A stretch of 64,000 nt of DNA, from assembly GCA_963841435.1 (NCBI GenBank), contig CAWJCS010000003.1, forward strand, positions 480,001-544,000, read 5' to 3'. The position numbers and the translations under genes were made by a program. How positions within the stretch are numbered: position 1 is the stretch's first letter; each line of letters begins with the position of its first letter. This document shows positions 28,747 to 38,227 of the stretch, one piece after another. Under the pieces are notes generated by a model. The model made no database searches, was not told the origin of the DNA, and worked only from the letters and a program-made list of their open reading frames with translations. The DNA comes from an uncultured delta proteobacterium. GTDB lineage: Bacteria; Myxococcota_A; Polyangia; Polyangiales; Polyangiaceae.

Positions 28747-29335
28747 TGACATGAAACCCGAACTGGGTTTCGACCAACGGCGATACCTCTCCGGGCTTGA
28801 GTGCCGCCGCGGCGTCGCCAAAGGCCTTGATCGCCTGCCGCCGCCGAAACTTCAGTTTTCCGCCGCGCGTGGCGGCTTCGGGCTCATCGGAGTACTCGGC
28901 AACGAGCGCGTCGAAATCCTGGCCTTTGAGAGCACGCGCGCGCGCTTCCTCCGCACGAGCCCGCGCCTCCTCCTTGGTGCGCTGGATCTGGCGCACTCTC
29001 CCCAGGGGAGACGCTCCGTAGCTCACGACGAGCTCGGCCACCGCAAGCGTTTCCTCCGCGGCAGCCAAGGCTGCGCTCGCGGCGGCAGCGGCGCGAGGCT
29101 GCGTCTCCACCGTGCTCTCCTTCGCAGCGATCTCGATCTTCGGCTTGGCTTCTGCTGCGCCGGCGCGAGGCGATTGAACGAGCCCGAAACCACCCACGAG
29201 GGCGAGAAGAAGCAGCCCGCCGAGCACGGCGCCGGGGGCCCAGTCCGGGAGGCCGCTTTTCGTGGGCCGCGCCGGGACGACGGGGGGCGCCTTGCTCTCC
29301 GCAGTGTCGGCATTCGTCTTTTCGTCTGGTTGCAT
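28730..29335 (-). CDS. Membrane-anchored PpiC/parvulin peptidyl-prolyl isomerase
   Basis: N-terminal [44 protein letters not shown]. Confidence 0.85.
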   Translation of the reverse strand: MQPDEKTNADTAESKAPPVVPARPTKSGLPDWAPGAVLGGLLLLALVGGFGLVQSPRAGAAEAKPKIEIAAKESTVETQPRAAAAASAALAAAEETLAVAELVVSYGASPLGRVRQIQRTKEEARARAEEARARALKGQDFDALVAEYSDEPEAATRGGKLKFRRRQAIKAFGDAAAALKPGEVSPLVETQFGFHVIKRLE

Positions 29336-29443
29336 GAGAAGAACTCCGTTCGCCCGCCCGCGCGAAGCCGTGTTCGTGCGTTTGACCGCAGCCTCGTGAC
29401 GAACGTGCACGCGTCCCGAGGCGTTTCGAGCAATTCGGACCAC

Positions 29444-30463
29444 TCAGGGCGTCTCGTCCGCGCGAACGAGCACGTTGTCGAAAAGCACCGCGACGGGTGC
29501 CTGGCGAAACGGCTTGATTTGGGCGAGCCGAACCGCAATCGACTTTGCCGTGGTCGGGGTCAGGTAGATGATCTCGGCGACCTGCCACTCGGGCCCCTTG
29601 ACGAGGTTCGTGGTCGGCGAATCCAGCACCGTGCCGGCGCACGAGGGTGTGTCGAGGACGATGATTTGGATCCCCGCCTTCGTTTCGCCCGCGTAGTTCG
29701 GCACGGAGACTTGCGCGGCAAAGCGATACACCGTCCCGCCGCTCACGTTGATGCACTGGCGCGCGCCGACGATTTGCGTCCCAACCAGATTTTCTTCGAT
29801 GTCGTTCTTGACGGCGAGAGACCCCGACTGGTCGTGCCCCTGCGCGTCCAGGTTGCTCCAGGAAAGCACGAGGCCGGTCTCGATGGACCAAGCCGCAACA
29901 CTCGCGTCCGTGTCGAATGCAGCCTTGTCGATGAGCGTCTCGTCGCAGTCGAGAACACCGTTGTGATCCAGGTCCGGGCACCGCGTGTTGACCGGACCGC
30001 CGGCAGTTCCGGAGCTGCCCCCTCCCGTCTCGCTGCTACCCCCGGTTCCCCCTCCCGAGCCGCCCCGCCCCGTTCCCGCGCTCCCGCTGTACCCCGCGCC
30101 AACCCCACCCGTGCCCGACCCGCCAGCGCCGCCACCGAGAGAAGTGCCAGCGGTCCCGCCGTCACCCGGCTCGGCCCCACCGCCATCGTCCTCTCCTGCG
30201 TTCCCCGCGCCCGCCTCGAAGCTCGAACGCCCGGACGCCCCCCCGGTTCCCGTGATGACGACGACCTGGGCACCTTCGAGCGTGCGATCGTCGATCGGGC
30301 AGGCGGTCAACCCAGCGGCAGCGAGCGCCACCAGCAGAAGCGCATTTCGACCAGGACCCCGCGCCACCGGCGCGCGCCGCACGCGCCCCCGCCGAAGCGA
30401 AGCATCTCTGAAATCGTGGTCCGACACGGCTTTCTCGGGCAGGAGGTTAGCGCAGCGCCCCAT
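29444..30463 (-). CDS. Lipoprotein with Gly-rich linker and CBM-like beta-sandwich; start uncertain
   Basis: Lipobox LTAC; Gly-rich linker; CPDLDHNGVLDC; FDTD..W..GARQC..FDNV, similar to the central domain of 18081..20915. Confidence 0.65.
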   Translation of the reverse strand: MGRCANLLPEKAVSDHDFRDASLRRGRVRRAPVARGPGRNALLLVALAAAGLTACPIDDRTLEGAQVVVITGTGGASGRSSFEAGAGNAGEDDGGGAEPGDGGTAGTSLGGGAGGSGTGGVGAGYSGSAGTGRGGSGGGTGGSSETGGGSSGTAGGPVNTRCPDLDHNGVLDCDETLIDKAAFDTDASVAAWSIETGLVLSWSNLDAQGHDQSGSLAVKNDIEENLVGTQIVGARQCINVSGGTVYRFAAQVSVPNYAGETKAGIQIIVLDTPSCAGTVLDSPTTNLVKGPEWQVAEIIYLTPTTAKSIAVRLAQIKPFRQAPVAVLFDNVLVRADETP

Positions 30464-30472
30464 GCGGAATCT

Positions 30473-30490
30473 GTGACATGATGGTTACAG
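30473..30490 (-). promoter_or_regulatory. Pho-box-like 11-bp-spaced direct repeat
   Basis: Minus strand CTGTAAC-CATC-ATGTCAC, close to the E. coli PhoB consensus CTGTCAT-N4-CTGT(C/A)A(C/T); upstream of phoX. Confidence 0.55.
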
Positions 30491-30605
30491 GCAGTTGCTC
30501 GTCATGGCGACCTCGCGGTGAGTCTATAGGCGGCATGCACGGGCAGAATGCGTGGCACGCTCGAAGTTGGGCCGCCTCGATACAAGCTGGCCGGCGGCGT
30601 TGGTG

Positions 30606-32564
30606 ATGACGTTCGGCGACGACGACGAGACCTCGAACCCCTCCGGTAGTCCGTCGCTCGAACAGATCTCGACCGGGCTCGTAACGCGTCGCTTCGCGCT
30701 GTCGGTCGGCATCGGAGTGGTGTCGCTACCGTTCTTGAGTTGCCGGAGCCGCTCGTCGCCTCGGCCAGCTCTCGCAGAGCGGCGGGTGGTCCGAGCGAAA
30801 ACGTTGCTTGGCTTCGAACAGCTGCCCACGTTGACGCGCGACGAGGTCGTCGTGCCCAAGGGCTACCGCGTGAGCGTGCTCTACGCGTGGGGCGACCCGG
30901 TCTCGGACGGTCCGGCTTTCGCGCAGGACGCGTCGAACGCCTCCGAAGATCAAGCGCAGCAGGCCGGAATGCACCACGACGGCTTGCATTTCTTTCCGCT
31001 GGGCACGCTCGCGAGCTCCGAGCGCGGCATCCTGGTGGTCAACCACGAGTACACGGACGACGGCCTGCTCCACACGACGGGCATGGATCCCTGGACGCCA
31101 GAGAAGGTCGCAAAGTCGCAGGCGTCCCACGGTGTCAGCGTGATCGAGATCGCGCGCAAGGACGGGCGTTTCGAGGTCGAGAGGCCGTCGCGCTTCGCGC
31201 GCCGCATCACCGCGCGCACACCCATTCGCGTGGGTGGTCCGCTCGCCGGACACGCGCGGCTTCGTACCCAGGCCGACCGGGAAGGCAGCTTGGTCCTCGG
31301 CACCATCGCCAACTGCGCGTGCGGGAACACGCCGTGGGGGACGTACCTTACTTGTGAAGAGAACTGGCACGGCTACTTCGTCAACCCGAAGGGTGAAGCC
31401 AAGGACCTGAAGGGCGCGGAGAAAGCACGCGTCCTGCGTGACCAGGCGCGCTACGGCATCGGACGCGATGGCGCGGGCTACCGCTGGCACGAGCACGATC
31501 AGCGCTTCGACGCGTCGCTGCACCCGAACGAGCCCTATCGCTTCGGCTGGGTCGTCGAGATCGATCCGTTCGATCGGGAGGCAGCGCCGGTGAAACGCAC
31601 GGCACTCGGTCGCTTCAAACACGAGGGCGCTTGCACCGTGGAAACTCGTGCCCGGCACGTGGCGGTCTACATGGCTGACGACGAGCGCTTCGAGTACATT
31701 TACAAATTCGTGAGCAAGGAGCCGTGGCCAGCGGCACGTGACGCGAAAAGAAACCCGCTCGACCAAGGAACGCTGTTCGTCGCCCGCTTCGACGCAGACA
31801 AGACGGGGGAGTGGCTCGCGCTAGTTTTCGGTACCCGTGGCCTCGACCCGGAGCATGGATTTTCCGACCAAAACAACGTCCTCCTGGAGACGAGACGCGC
31901 GGCCGACGTTCTCGGCGCGACGAAGATGGACCGCCCCGAGTGGATCGCGGCACGCAAGCGCGGTGAGCTCTTCGTCAATCTCACGAACAACACGAAGCGC
32001 GGTAACGAGGGCCGACCGGGAGCAGACGCGGCGAACCCGCGCGCGCCGAATCCCTTCGGGCACATCGTGCGCATCGCGGAGCGCTCGGGGGACTGGGACG
32101 ACACGCGCTTCGATTGGGAGATTTTCGTTGACTGCGGAGACCCCGCGAGCCCCGATCCGGCGAAGCGCGGCTCCGCTCGCGTGGCGTTCGCTTCGCCTGA
32201 CGGGCTATATTGCGACGCCGCAGGCCGGGTATGGATCGAAACCGACGTCTCGACGGCGTCGCTCAACCGCGGCGAGTATGCGCCCTTCGGCAACAACCAG
32301 TTGCTCGCGGCGGACCCCACGACCCGCGAGATCCGGCGCTTTCTCACCGGACCGACCGGCTGCGAGGTCACGGGGATCACGATGACGCCGGATGGCAGGG
32401 CGATGTTCGTCAACATCCAGCATCCCGGAGAAACGGCGAACGACCGCAGCGATCCCGCGCGGCCGAAGGCGGTGAGCTCGTGGCCTGATGGCAAAAAGGG
32501 GGGCAGACCGCGCTCGGCGACGATCGTCATCCAGAAGGATGACGGCGGCGTCATCGGTACGTAA
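30606..32564 (+). CDS. phoX: PhoX-family alkaline phosphatase (Tat-exported)
   Basis: Twin-arginine TRRFAL; GMHHDG, VNHEY, TPWGTYLTCEEN, FGWVVEIDP, RTALGRFKHE, MDRPEW, SPDGL, GCEVTG, FVNIQHPG. Confidence 0.95.
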   Translation: MTFGDDDETSNPSGSPSLEQISTGLVTRRFALSVGIGVVSLPFLSCRSRSSPRPALAERRVVRAKTLLGFEQLPTLTRDEVVVPKGYRVSVLYAWGDPVSDGPAFAQDASNASEDQAQQAGMHHDGLHFFPLGTLASSERGILVVNHEYTDDGLLHTTGMDPWTPEKVAKSQASHGVSVIEIARKDGRFEVERPSRFARRITARTPIRVGGPLAGHARLRTQADREGSLVLGTIANCACGNTPWGTYLTCEENWHGYFVNPKGEAKDLKGAEKARVLRDQARYGIGRDGAGYRWHEHDQRFDASLHPNEPYRFGWVVEIDPFDREAAPVKRTALGRFKHEGACTVETRARHVAVYMADDERFEYIYKFVSKEPWPAARDAKRNPLDQGTLFVARFDADKTGEWLALVFGTRGLDPEHGFSDQNNVLLETRRAADVLGATKMDRPEWIAARKRGELFVNLTNNTKRGNEGRPGADAANPRAPNPFGHIVRIAERSGDWDDTRFDWEIFVDCGDPASPDPAKRGSARVAFASPDGLYCDAAGRVWIETDVSTASLNRGEYAPFGNNQLLAADPTTREIRRFLTGPTGCEVTGITMTPDGRAMFVNIQHPGETANDRSDPARPKAVSSWPDGKKGGRPRSATIVIQKDDGGVIGT

Positions 32565-32830
32565 GAGCACAGGCGTTTTCCGGGAGCCTGGTCTTTTCTC
32601 GTAGATTTCAGGGGTCGTGATCGGCTCACGCCAAAGTCCCGCGGCGTGGTCGCGGCCGTCGCGAGCGCACATCGCGCGACGACGCGCTGCACGAGGCGGC
32701 GGGGCCGCCGCAGCGTGCGATCGCCGCGGCCGCGACTCACCGTCAACCTGCGGAAACCGCCCGTTCACTTACCGCGTGAGTGCAGCCTGGGTGCATCACC
32801 GGTGCGACGAACGCTTCGCACCGGCCGCGC

Positions 32831-33958
<1,128 letters not shown>

Positions 33959-33989
33959 GCATCCGCTCGGCCACGGAGAAAAGAACAAA

Positions 33990-35192
33990 ATGGGCATGCT
34001 CGACGGCATTCGCCTCATCGACGACCTGCCGCTCGAGGGGCGGCGCGTCTTCATACGTGTCGATTTCAACGTTCCCCTCGACAAGGCGACCGGCAAGATC
34101 ACGGACGACGAGCGCATCCTCGCCTCCTTGCCGACGATCAAGAAGGCGATTGCCTCTGGTGCGCGGCTGATTCTGGCCTCGCATCTCGGGCGGCCCAAAG
34201 GTCAGCGCGCTGCAAAGTACAGCCTGGAACCGGTTGCGGCGCGCCTCAGCGAGCTCATCGAGAAGGACGTGACGCTGCCGGACGATTGCATCGGCGACGC
34301 CGCGAAGAAGGTCGTCGCCGATCTGCGTCCCGGCCAGGTGTGCCTGCTCGAGAACGTGCGCTTCCACGCCGAGGAAGAGAAGAACGACGAGGCTTTCGCG
34401 CGTGAGCTCGCGTCGCTCTGCGACACCTACGTGAACGACGCGTTCGGCTCCTCACACCGCGCGCACGCCTCCGTGTACGGCTTGGCGCGGCTCGTGAAGG
34501 ATCGCGGCATGGGCTACCTGTTGCGCGACGAGATCCAGGCGCTCGACCGCGTCGTGAACTCGCCCGAGCGGCCGTTCGTCGCGATTCTCGGCGGCGCCAA
34601 GGTCGCCGACAAGATCGCGGTGATCGAGGCGCTGCTCCAGAAGTGCGATGCGATCTGCATCGGCGGCGCCATGGCGAACACGCTGCTTGCAGCGCGGGGA
34701 GCCGACATGAAGTCGTCCTTGCTCGAGGCGGACTGGCTCGCGCGCGGGCGCACGCTGCTCGAGCAGGCGAAGACCAAGGGCGTCGATTTCGTGCTGCCGA
34801 CCGACGTGGTCGTGGCGCCTGGCACGGACGCAGCGACCGGCACCACGGTGGCCGCGAATAGCGTCCCCGACGGCAACATGGCCCTCGACGTCGGGCCAGA
34901 CACGGTCAAGGCGTTCGCCGAGCGCATCGCGAAGGCGAAGACGGTGTTCTGGAACGGCCCGATGGGCTTCTTCGAGAACGCGGCCTTCGCCGGTGGCACG
35001 AACGGCATCGCCCAGGCGCTCGCGGCCTCGGCGGGCTTCAGCGTCGTCGGCGGCGGCGACAGCGTCGCGGCCGTCAAGGCGGCGGGCAAGGCCGTCCTCG
35101 ACAAGATCGGGTTCATCTCCACGGGCGGCGGCGCGTCGCTCGAGCTCGTGGAAGGCAAGAAGCTGCCGGGCGTGGAGGCGCTGCGCGCCTGA
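33990..35192 (+). CDS. pgk: Phosphoglycerate kinase
   Basis: [43 protein letters not shown]. Confidence 0.98.
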   Translation: MGMLDGIRLIDDLPLEGRRVFIRVDFNVPLDKATGKITDDERILASLPTIKKAIASGARLILASHLGRPKGQRAAKYSLEPVAARLSELIEKDVTLPDDCIGDAAKKVVADLRPGQVCLLENVRFHAEEEKNDEAFARELASLCDTYVNDAFGSSHRAHASVYGLARLVKDRGMGYLLRDEIQALDRVVNSPERPFVAILGGAKVADKIAVIEALLQKCDAICIGGAMANTLLAARGADMKSSLLEADWLARGRTLLEQAKTKGVDFVLPTDVVVAPGTDAATGTTVAANSVPDGNMALDVGPDTVKAFAERIAKAKTVFWNGPMGFFENAAFAGGTNGIAQALAASAGFSVVGGGDSVAAVKAAGKAVLDKIGFISTGGGASLELVEGKKLPGVEALRA

Positions 35193-35944
35193 TGCGCTCG
35201 TACGTCATCGCCGGCAACTGGAAGCTCAATGCGGGCGGCCCCGACGGCTGTGATCTCGCGGTGCGCGTGGCACAGGCGACCAAGGGCGTGAAGAACGCGA
35301 AGATCGTGGTGTCGCCGCCGTTCACGGCGCTCGCGGCCGTGAGCGCCGATCTCGCCGAGACGCACGTCGAGGTCGCGGGGCAGAACCTCTACCCGAAGGA
35401 CAGTGGCGCGTTCACCGGTGAGGTGAGCGCACCGATGCTCGTCGCGGCGGGCGCCAAATGGGTGATCTTGGGTCACAGCGAGCGCCGGCAATACTTCGCC
35501 GAAACCGACGCGTTCGTGTGCGAGAAGGTCGTCGCGGCGATGAAGGCGGGGCTCCGGCCCATCGCGTGCATCGGTGAAACGCTCGCGGAGCGCGAGGCGA
35601 AACAGACGCTCGACGTCGTGTTCCGCCAGCTCGACGCGATCACGGCCGAGCTCGCGAAGAAGCCCGGCTTCGCCGTGATCGCCTACGAGCCCGTCTGGGC
35701 CATCGGCACCGGCAAGGTGGCGACGACCGAGCAGGCGCAAGAGGTGCACGCCGCCATTCGCGGTCGGCTGAAGAGCGTCTCGGCGGAGCTCGCCGACGAG
35801 ACGGCGGTGCTCTACGGCGGTAGCGTCAAGGCGGACAACGCCGCGGGGCTGCTCGCCTGCGCCGACATCGACGGCGCTCTCGTGGGCGGCGCTGCGCTCG
35901 ACGCCGACGGTTTCGCCAAGATCGCAAAAGCCGTTCCGGGCTGA
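35192..35944 (+). CDS. tpiA: Triosephosphate isomerase
   Basis: AGNWK, GHSERR, AYEPVWAIGTG, LYGGSV. Confidence 0.98.
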   Translation: MRSYVIAGNWKLNAGGPDGCDLAVRVAQATKGVKNAKIVVSPPFTALAAVSADLAETHVEVAGQNLYPKDSGAFTGEVSAPMLVAAGAKWVILGHSERRQYFAETDAFVCEKVVAAMKAGLRPIACIGETLAEREAKQTLDVVFRQLDAITAELAKKPGFAVIAYEPVWAIGTGKVATTEQAQEVHAAIRGRLKSVSAELADETAVLYGGSVKADNAAGLLACADIDGALVGGAALDADGFAKIAKAVPG

Positions 35945-35948
35945 CGCG

Positions 35949-36326
35949 ATGCCGAACGGCACCGAAACGCAGCCGGACCGCTGTGGCAGCTGCCACGGCA
36001 CGGGCGAGCTCGGGAGCGAGTTCGGTCTCGCGAGCTGCCCCGACTGCGGCGGTGCGGGCTACCTGCCCTCGCCCCACGTCCGCGTCGAATGGCGCGCGCG
36101 CGACATCGAGCGCGCTCACGCCGGCGAACCGACGCCCGTGGGGCGCGACGTGCGGTTTCTGCTCGCCGAGCTCAGGCGCGCCCGCGACGCGCTGACGGAG
36201 ATCACGGCGCTCGCCCAGGAGCTCGAGGGCGAAAATCCGATCCTCGAGCGCCTGCGCTTTACGGCCAGCCAGGCCCTCCGGCTGTACCCGCTCGTGGAAG
36301 GCCCGGCGAGGCGCTCGGAGCGCTGA
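35949..36326 (+). CDS. Small protein with DnaJ-type CxxCxGxG zinc finger
   Basis: CGSCHGTG..CPDCGGAG then a helical region; begins 4 bp after tpiA. Confidence 0.65.
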   Translation: MPNGTETQPDRCGSCHGTGELGSEFGLASCPDCGGAGYLPSPHVRVEWRARDIERAHAGEPTPVGRDVRFLLAELRRARDALTEITALAQELEGENPILERLRFTASQALRLYPLVEGPARRSER

Positions 36327-36419
36327 TCCTCGCGGAAAGCGCTCCCAGACAGCTCGTTTTCCCCTGGCGGCCGGCGCCTGGCGCTCGAGCCCACGGCGGG
36401 CTAGAACGCTGCCCTGCCG

Positions 36420-36752
36420 ATGGCCGAGATCCTCCATACCCCGCTCACGGTGCTGCACGTCGTCGCGTGCGCGTTCCTGATCCTGGTGATCCTGATCCAG
36501 CCCGGAAAGAGCGGCGGCATGGGCATCTTCGGAGCCGCGGGCGCTCAGCAGGTCTTCGGCGGTCGGGGTGCCGGTAACTTTTTGACGAAGACCACCTGGG
36601 CAACCGCCGCAGTGTTCTTCGCCACGAGCATCACGCTCGCCTACCTGTCGTCGTCCACGGACGAGGGGCTCGCCGAGCGCGCGAAGGCGATGCAGCAGGC
36701 AAAGAAGCGCCCGTTCGAGCTGCCACCAGCGAGCCCGGCGAGCTCGAAGTGA
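36420..36752 (+). CDS. secG: Preprotein translocase subunit SecG
   Basis: LILVILIQPGKSGGMG..FGGRGAGNFLTKTT; conserved position after tpiA. Confidence 0.95.
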   Translation: MAEILHTPLTVLHVVACAFLILVILIQPGKSGGMGIFGAAGAQQVFGGRGAGNFLTKTTWATAAVFFATSITLAYLSSSTDEGLAERAKAMQQAKKRPFELPPASPASSK

Positions 36753-38155
36753 GCTCGGGCTCGCGGGTCGACGCCCTCTGCGTCGGCGCCGCGAAGCTCG
36801 CGGTGTCCCTCGGCGTGCTCGCGCTCGGCTTCAGCGCGGTGAGCGACGACGACTACGCACGCGTCGGCATCGCGCAACGCTTCGCCGAGACGCCGCACCT
36901 CGATCCGAGCGGCACGAGCTGGCTGCCCTTGCCCTTCTGGGCATACGGCGCGGCGTTGCGCGCGTTCGGCACGGGGCTCGGCGTGGCGAGAGCGACGGCG
37001 CTCGTTCTCTCCGCGGCCGGCATGATGGCACTGTGGACGGCGGCACGCTGGGTCGGCGCGAGCCGCGCCGGCGCCGTGCTCGCGGCGCTCGTCGCAGCGG
37101 CATTTCCCTGGTCGGCATGGCTCGGCGCCGCCACCGTGCCGGAGGTCCCCGCGGCGGGGCTCATCGTGCTCGGGCTCGCAGCGCTCGCGAAGCACGAACC
37201 GCGCGTTCGCTTGCTCGGCGCGGCCGCGCTCGCCGCGGCCTGCCTGTGCCGCTACGAGGCCTGGCCCGTCGCCGCAGCGTTTGCCCTGTTCTCGGCCGGG
37301 GACGCCTACCGCGCCCGCTCGTCGGTGCACGCTCTCGCCGCCACGATCGCGATCTCGACGATGCTCTTTTGGACCGCCCACGGAGCGCTCGCCCACGGTG
37401 ACCCGCTGTTCTTCGTGCGGCGCGTCACCGCGTACCGCGACGCGCTCGGCGGCGGGGCGCCGTTCGCGAGGCGCGCCGCCGGTCCCGTGATCGCACTGTT
37501 CGGCGAGGCTCCCGAGATCTCGGTGAGCGCCCTCGTCACGCTCGCGCTCGCCCGTCCGGTGCGAACGCTCGCGCGGCCGGCCATCGCCGCATCGTCACTG
37601 CTCGCGTTTCTCGTGGTCGGTGAAATCGGCGGGGGCGCACCCACGCACCACGCCGCGCGCGCCATACTTCCGATCTGGTATCTCGGAGCCGTCGCGATCG
37701 GCGAAGCCGCCGGCCGGCTTGCGTCATCGGCCGTTCTGCAGAGAGCCGCCTTCACGGTGCCGCTCGCGCTCGTCACGCTGGCAATCGTTACGCGCGCGCC
37801 ATTTCCCCGCGACTTCGTCGATCGGCGCGACGCGCTCGACATCGGGCAAAGGGCCAGCTCGCTTTCGGCGCCGGGGCTCTTCATCGACACCGCCGACTAC
37901 GGGTATCTCGCGGTGGCGGCGGCGTTCGGTCGTGCCTCACTCGCCGAGCCATTCGACGATCGCGACCCTCGGCACGGCGTGCGACCCGACCCGTTCCTCT
38001 CCCCCACGACTCTCCGCGCCCGTGTGCGAGCGCGCCCGGCGGCCTGGCTCGTCGTGACGCGCGCTCACCGCGCCGTCGCCGCCGCCCTCGGGCCCGTCCG
38101 CGCCGACAACGCCAAGTTCGCACTGATCGAGCCGACGGGCGCCGCCGAGCCATAG
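36749..38155 (+). CDS. Multi-TM membrane protein, GT-C/ArnT-like glycosyltransferase candidate
   Basis: Acidic SDDD after TM1, WLPLPF, RYEAW, many TM segments. Confidence 0.55.
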   Translation: MSSGSRVDALCVGAAKLAVSLGVLALGFSAVSDDDYARVGIAQRFAETPHLDPSGTSWLPLPFWAYGAALRAFGTGLGVARATALVLSAAGMMALWTAARWVGASRAGAVLAALVAAAFPWSAWLGAATVPEVPAAGLIVLGLAALAKHEPRVRLLGAAALAAACLCRYEAWPVAAAFALFSAGDAYRARSSVHALAATIAISTMLFWTAHGALAHGDPLFFVRRVTAYRDALGGGAPFARRAAGPVIALFGEAPEISVSALVTLALARPVRTLARPAIAASSLLAFLVVGEIGGGAPTHHAARAILPIWYLGAVAIGEAAGRLASSAVLQRAAFTVPLALVTLAIVTRAPFPRDFVDRRDALDIGQRASSLSAPGLFIDTADYGYLAVAAAFGRASLAEPFDDRDPRHGVRPDPFLSPTTLRARVRARPAAWLVVTRAHRAVAAALGPVRADNAKFALIEPTGAAEP

Positions 38156-38227
38156 GCAGCGCGACGAACGCCGTGACCGACGGCGGGAGCGTCGCCGAAG
38201 AGAACAACGGGGCGCGCACCTCGGCGC

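Noticed and set aside
36753-36900. tRNA-Leu often found after secG
   Set aside because: The next CDS overlaps the secG stop; no cloverleaf or T-loop seen.
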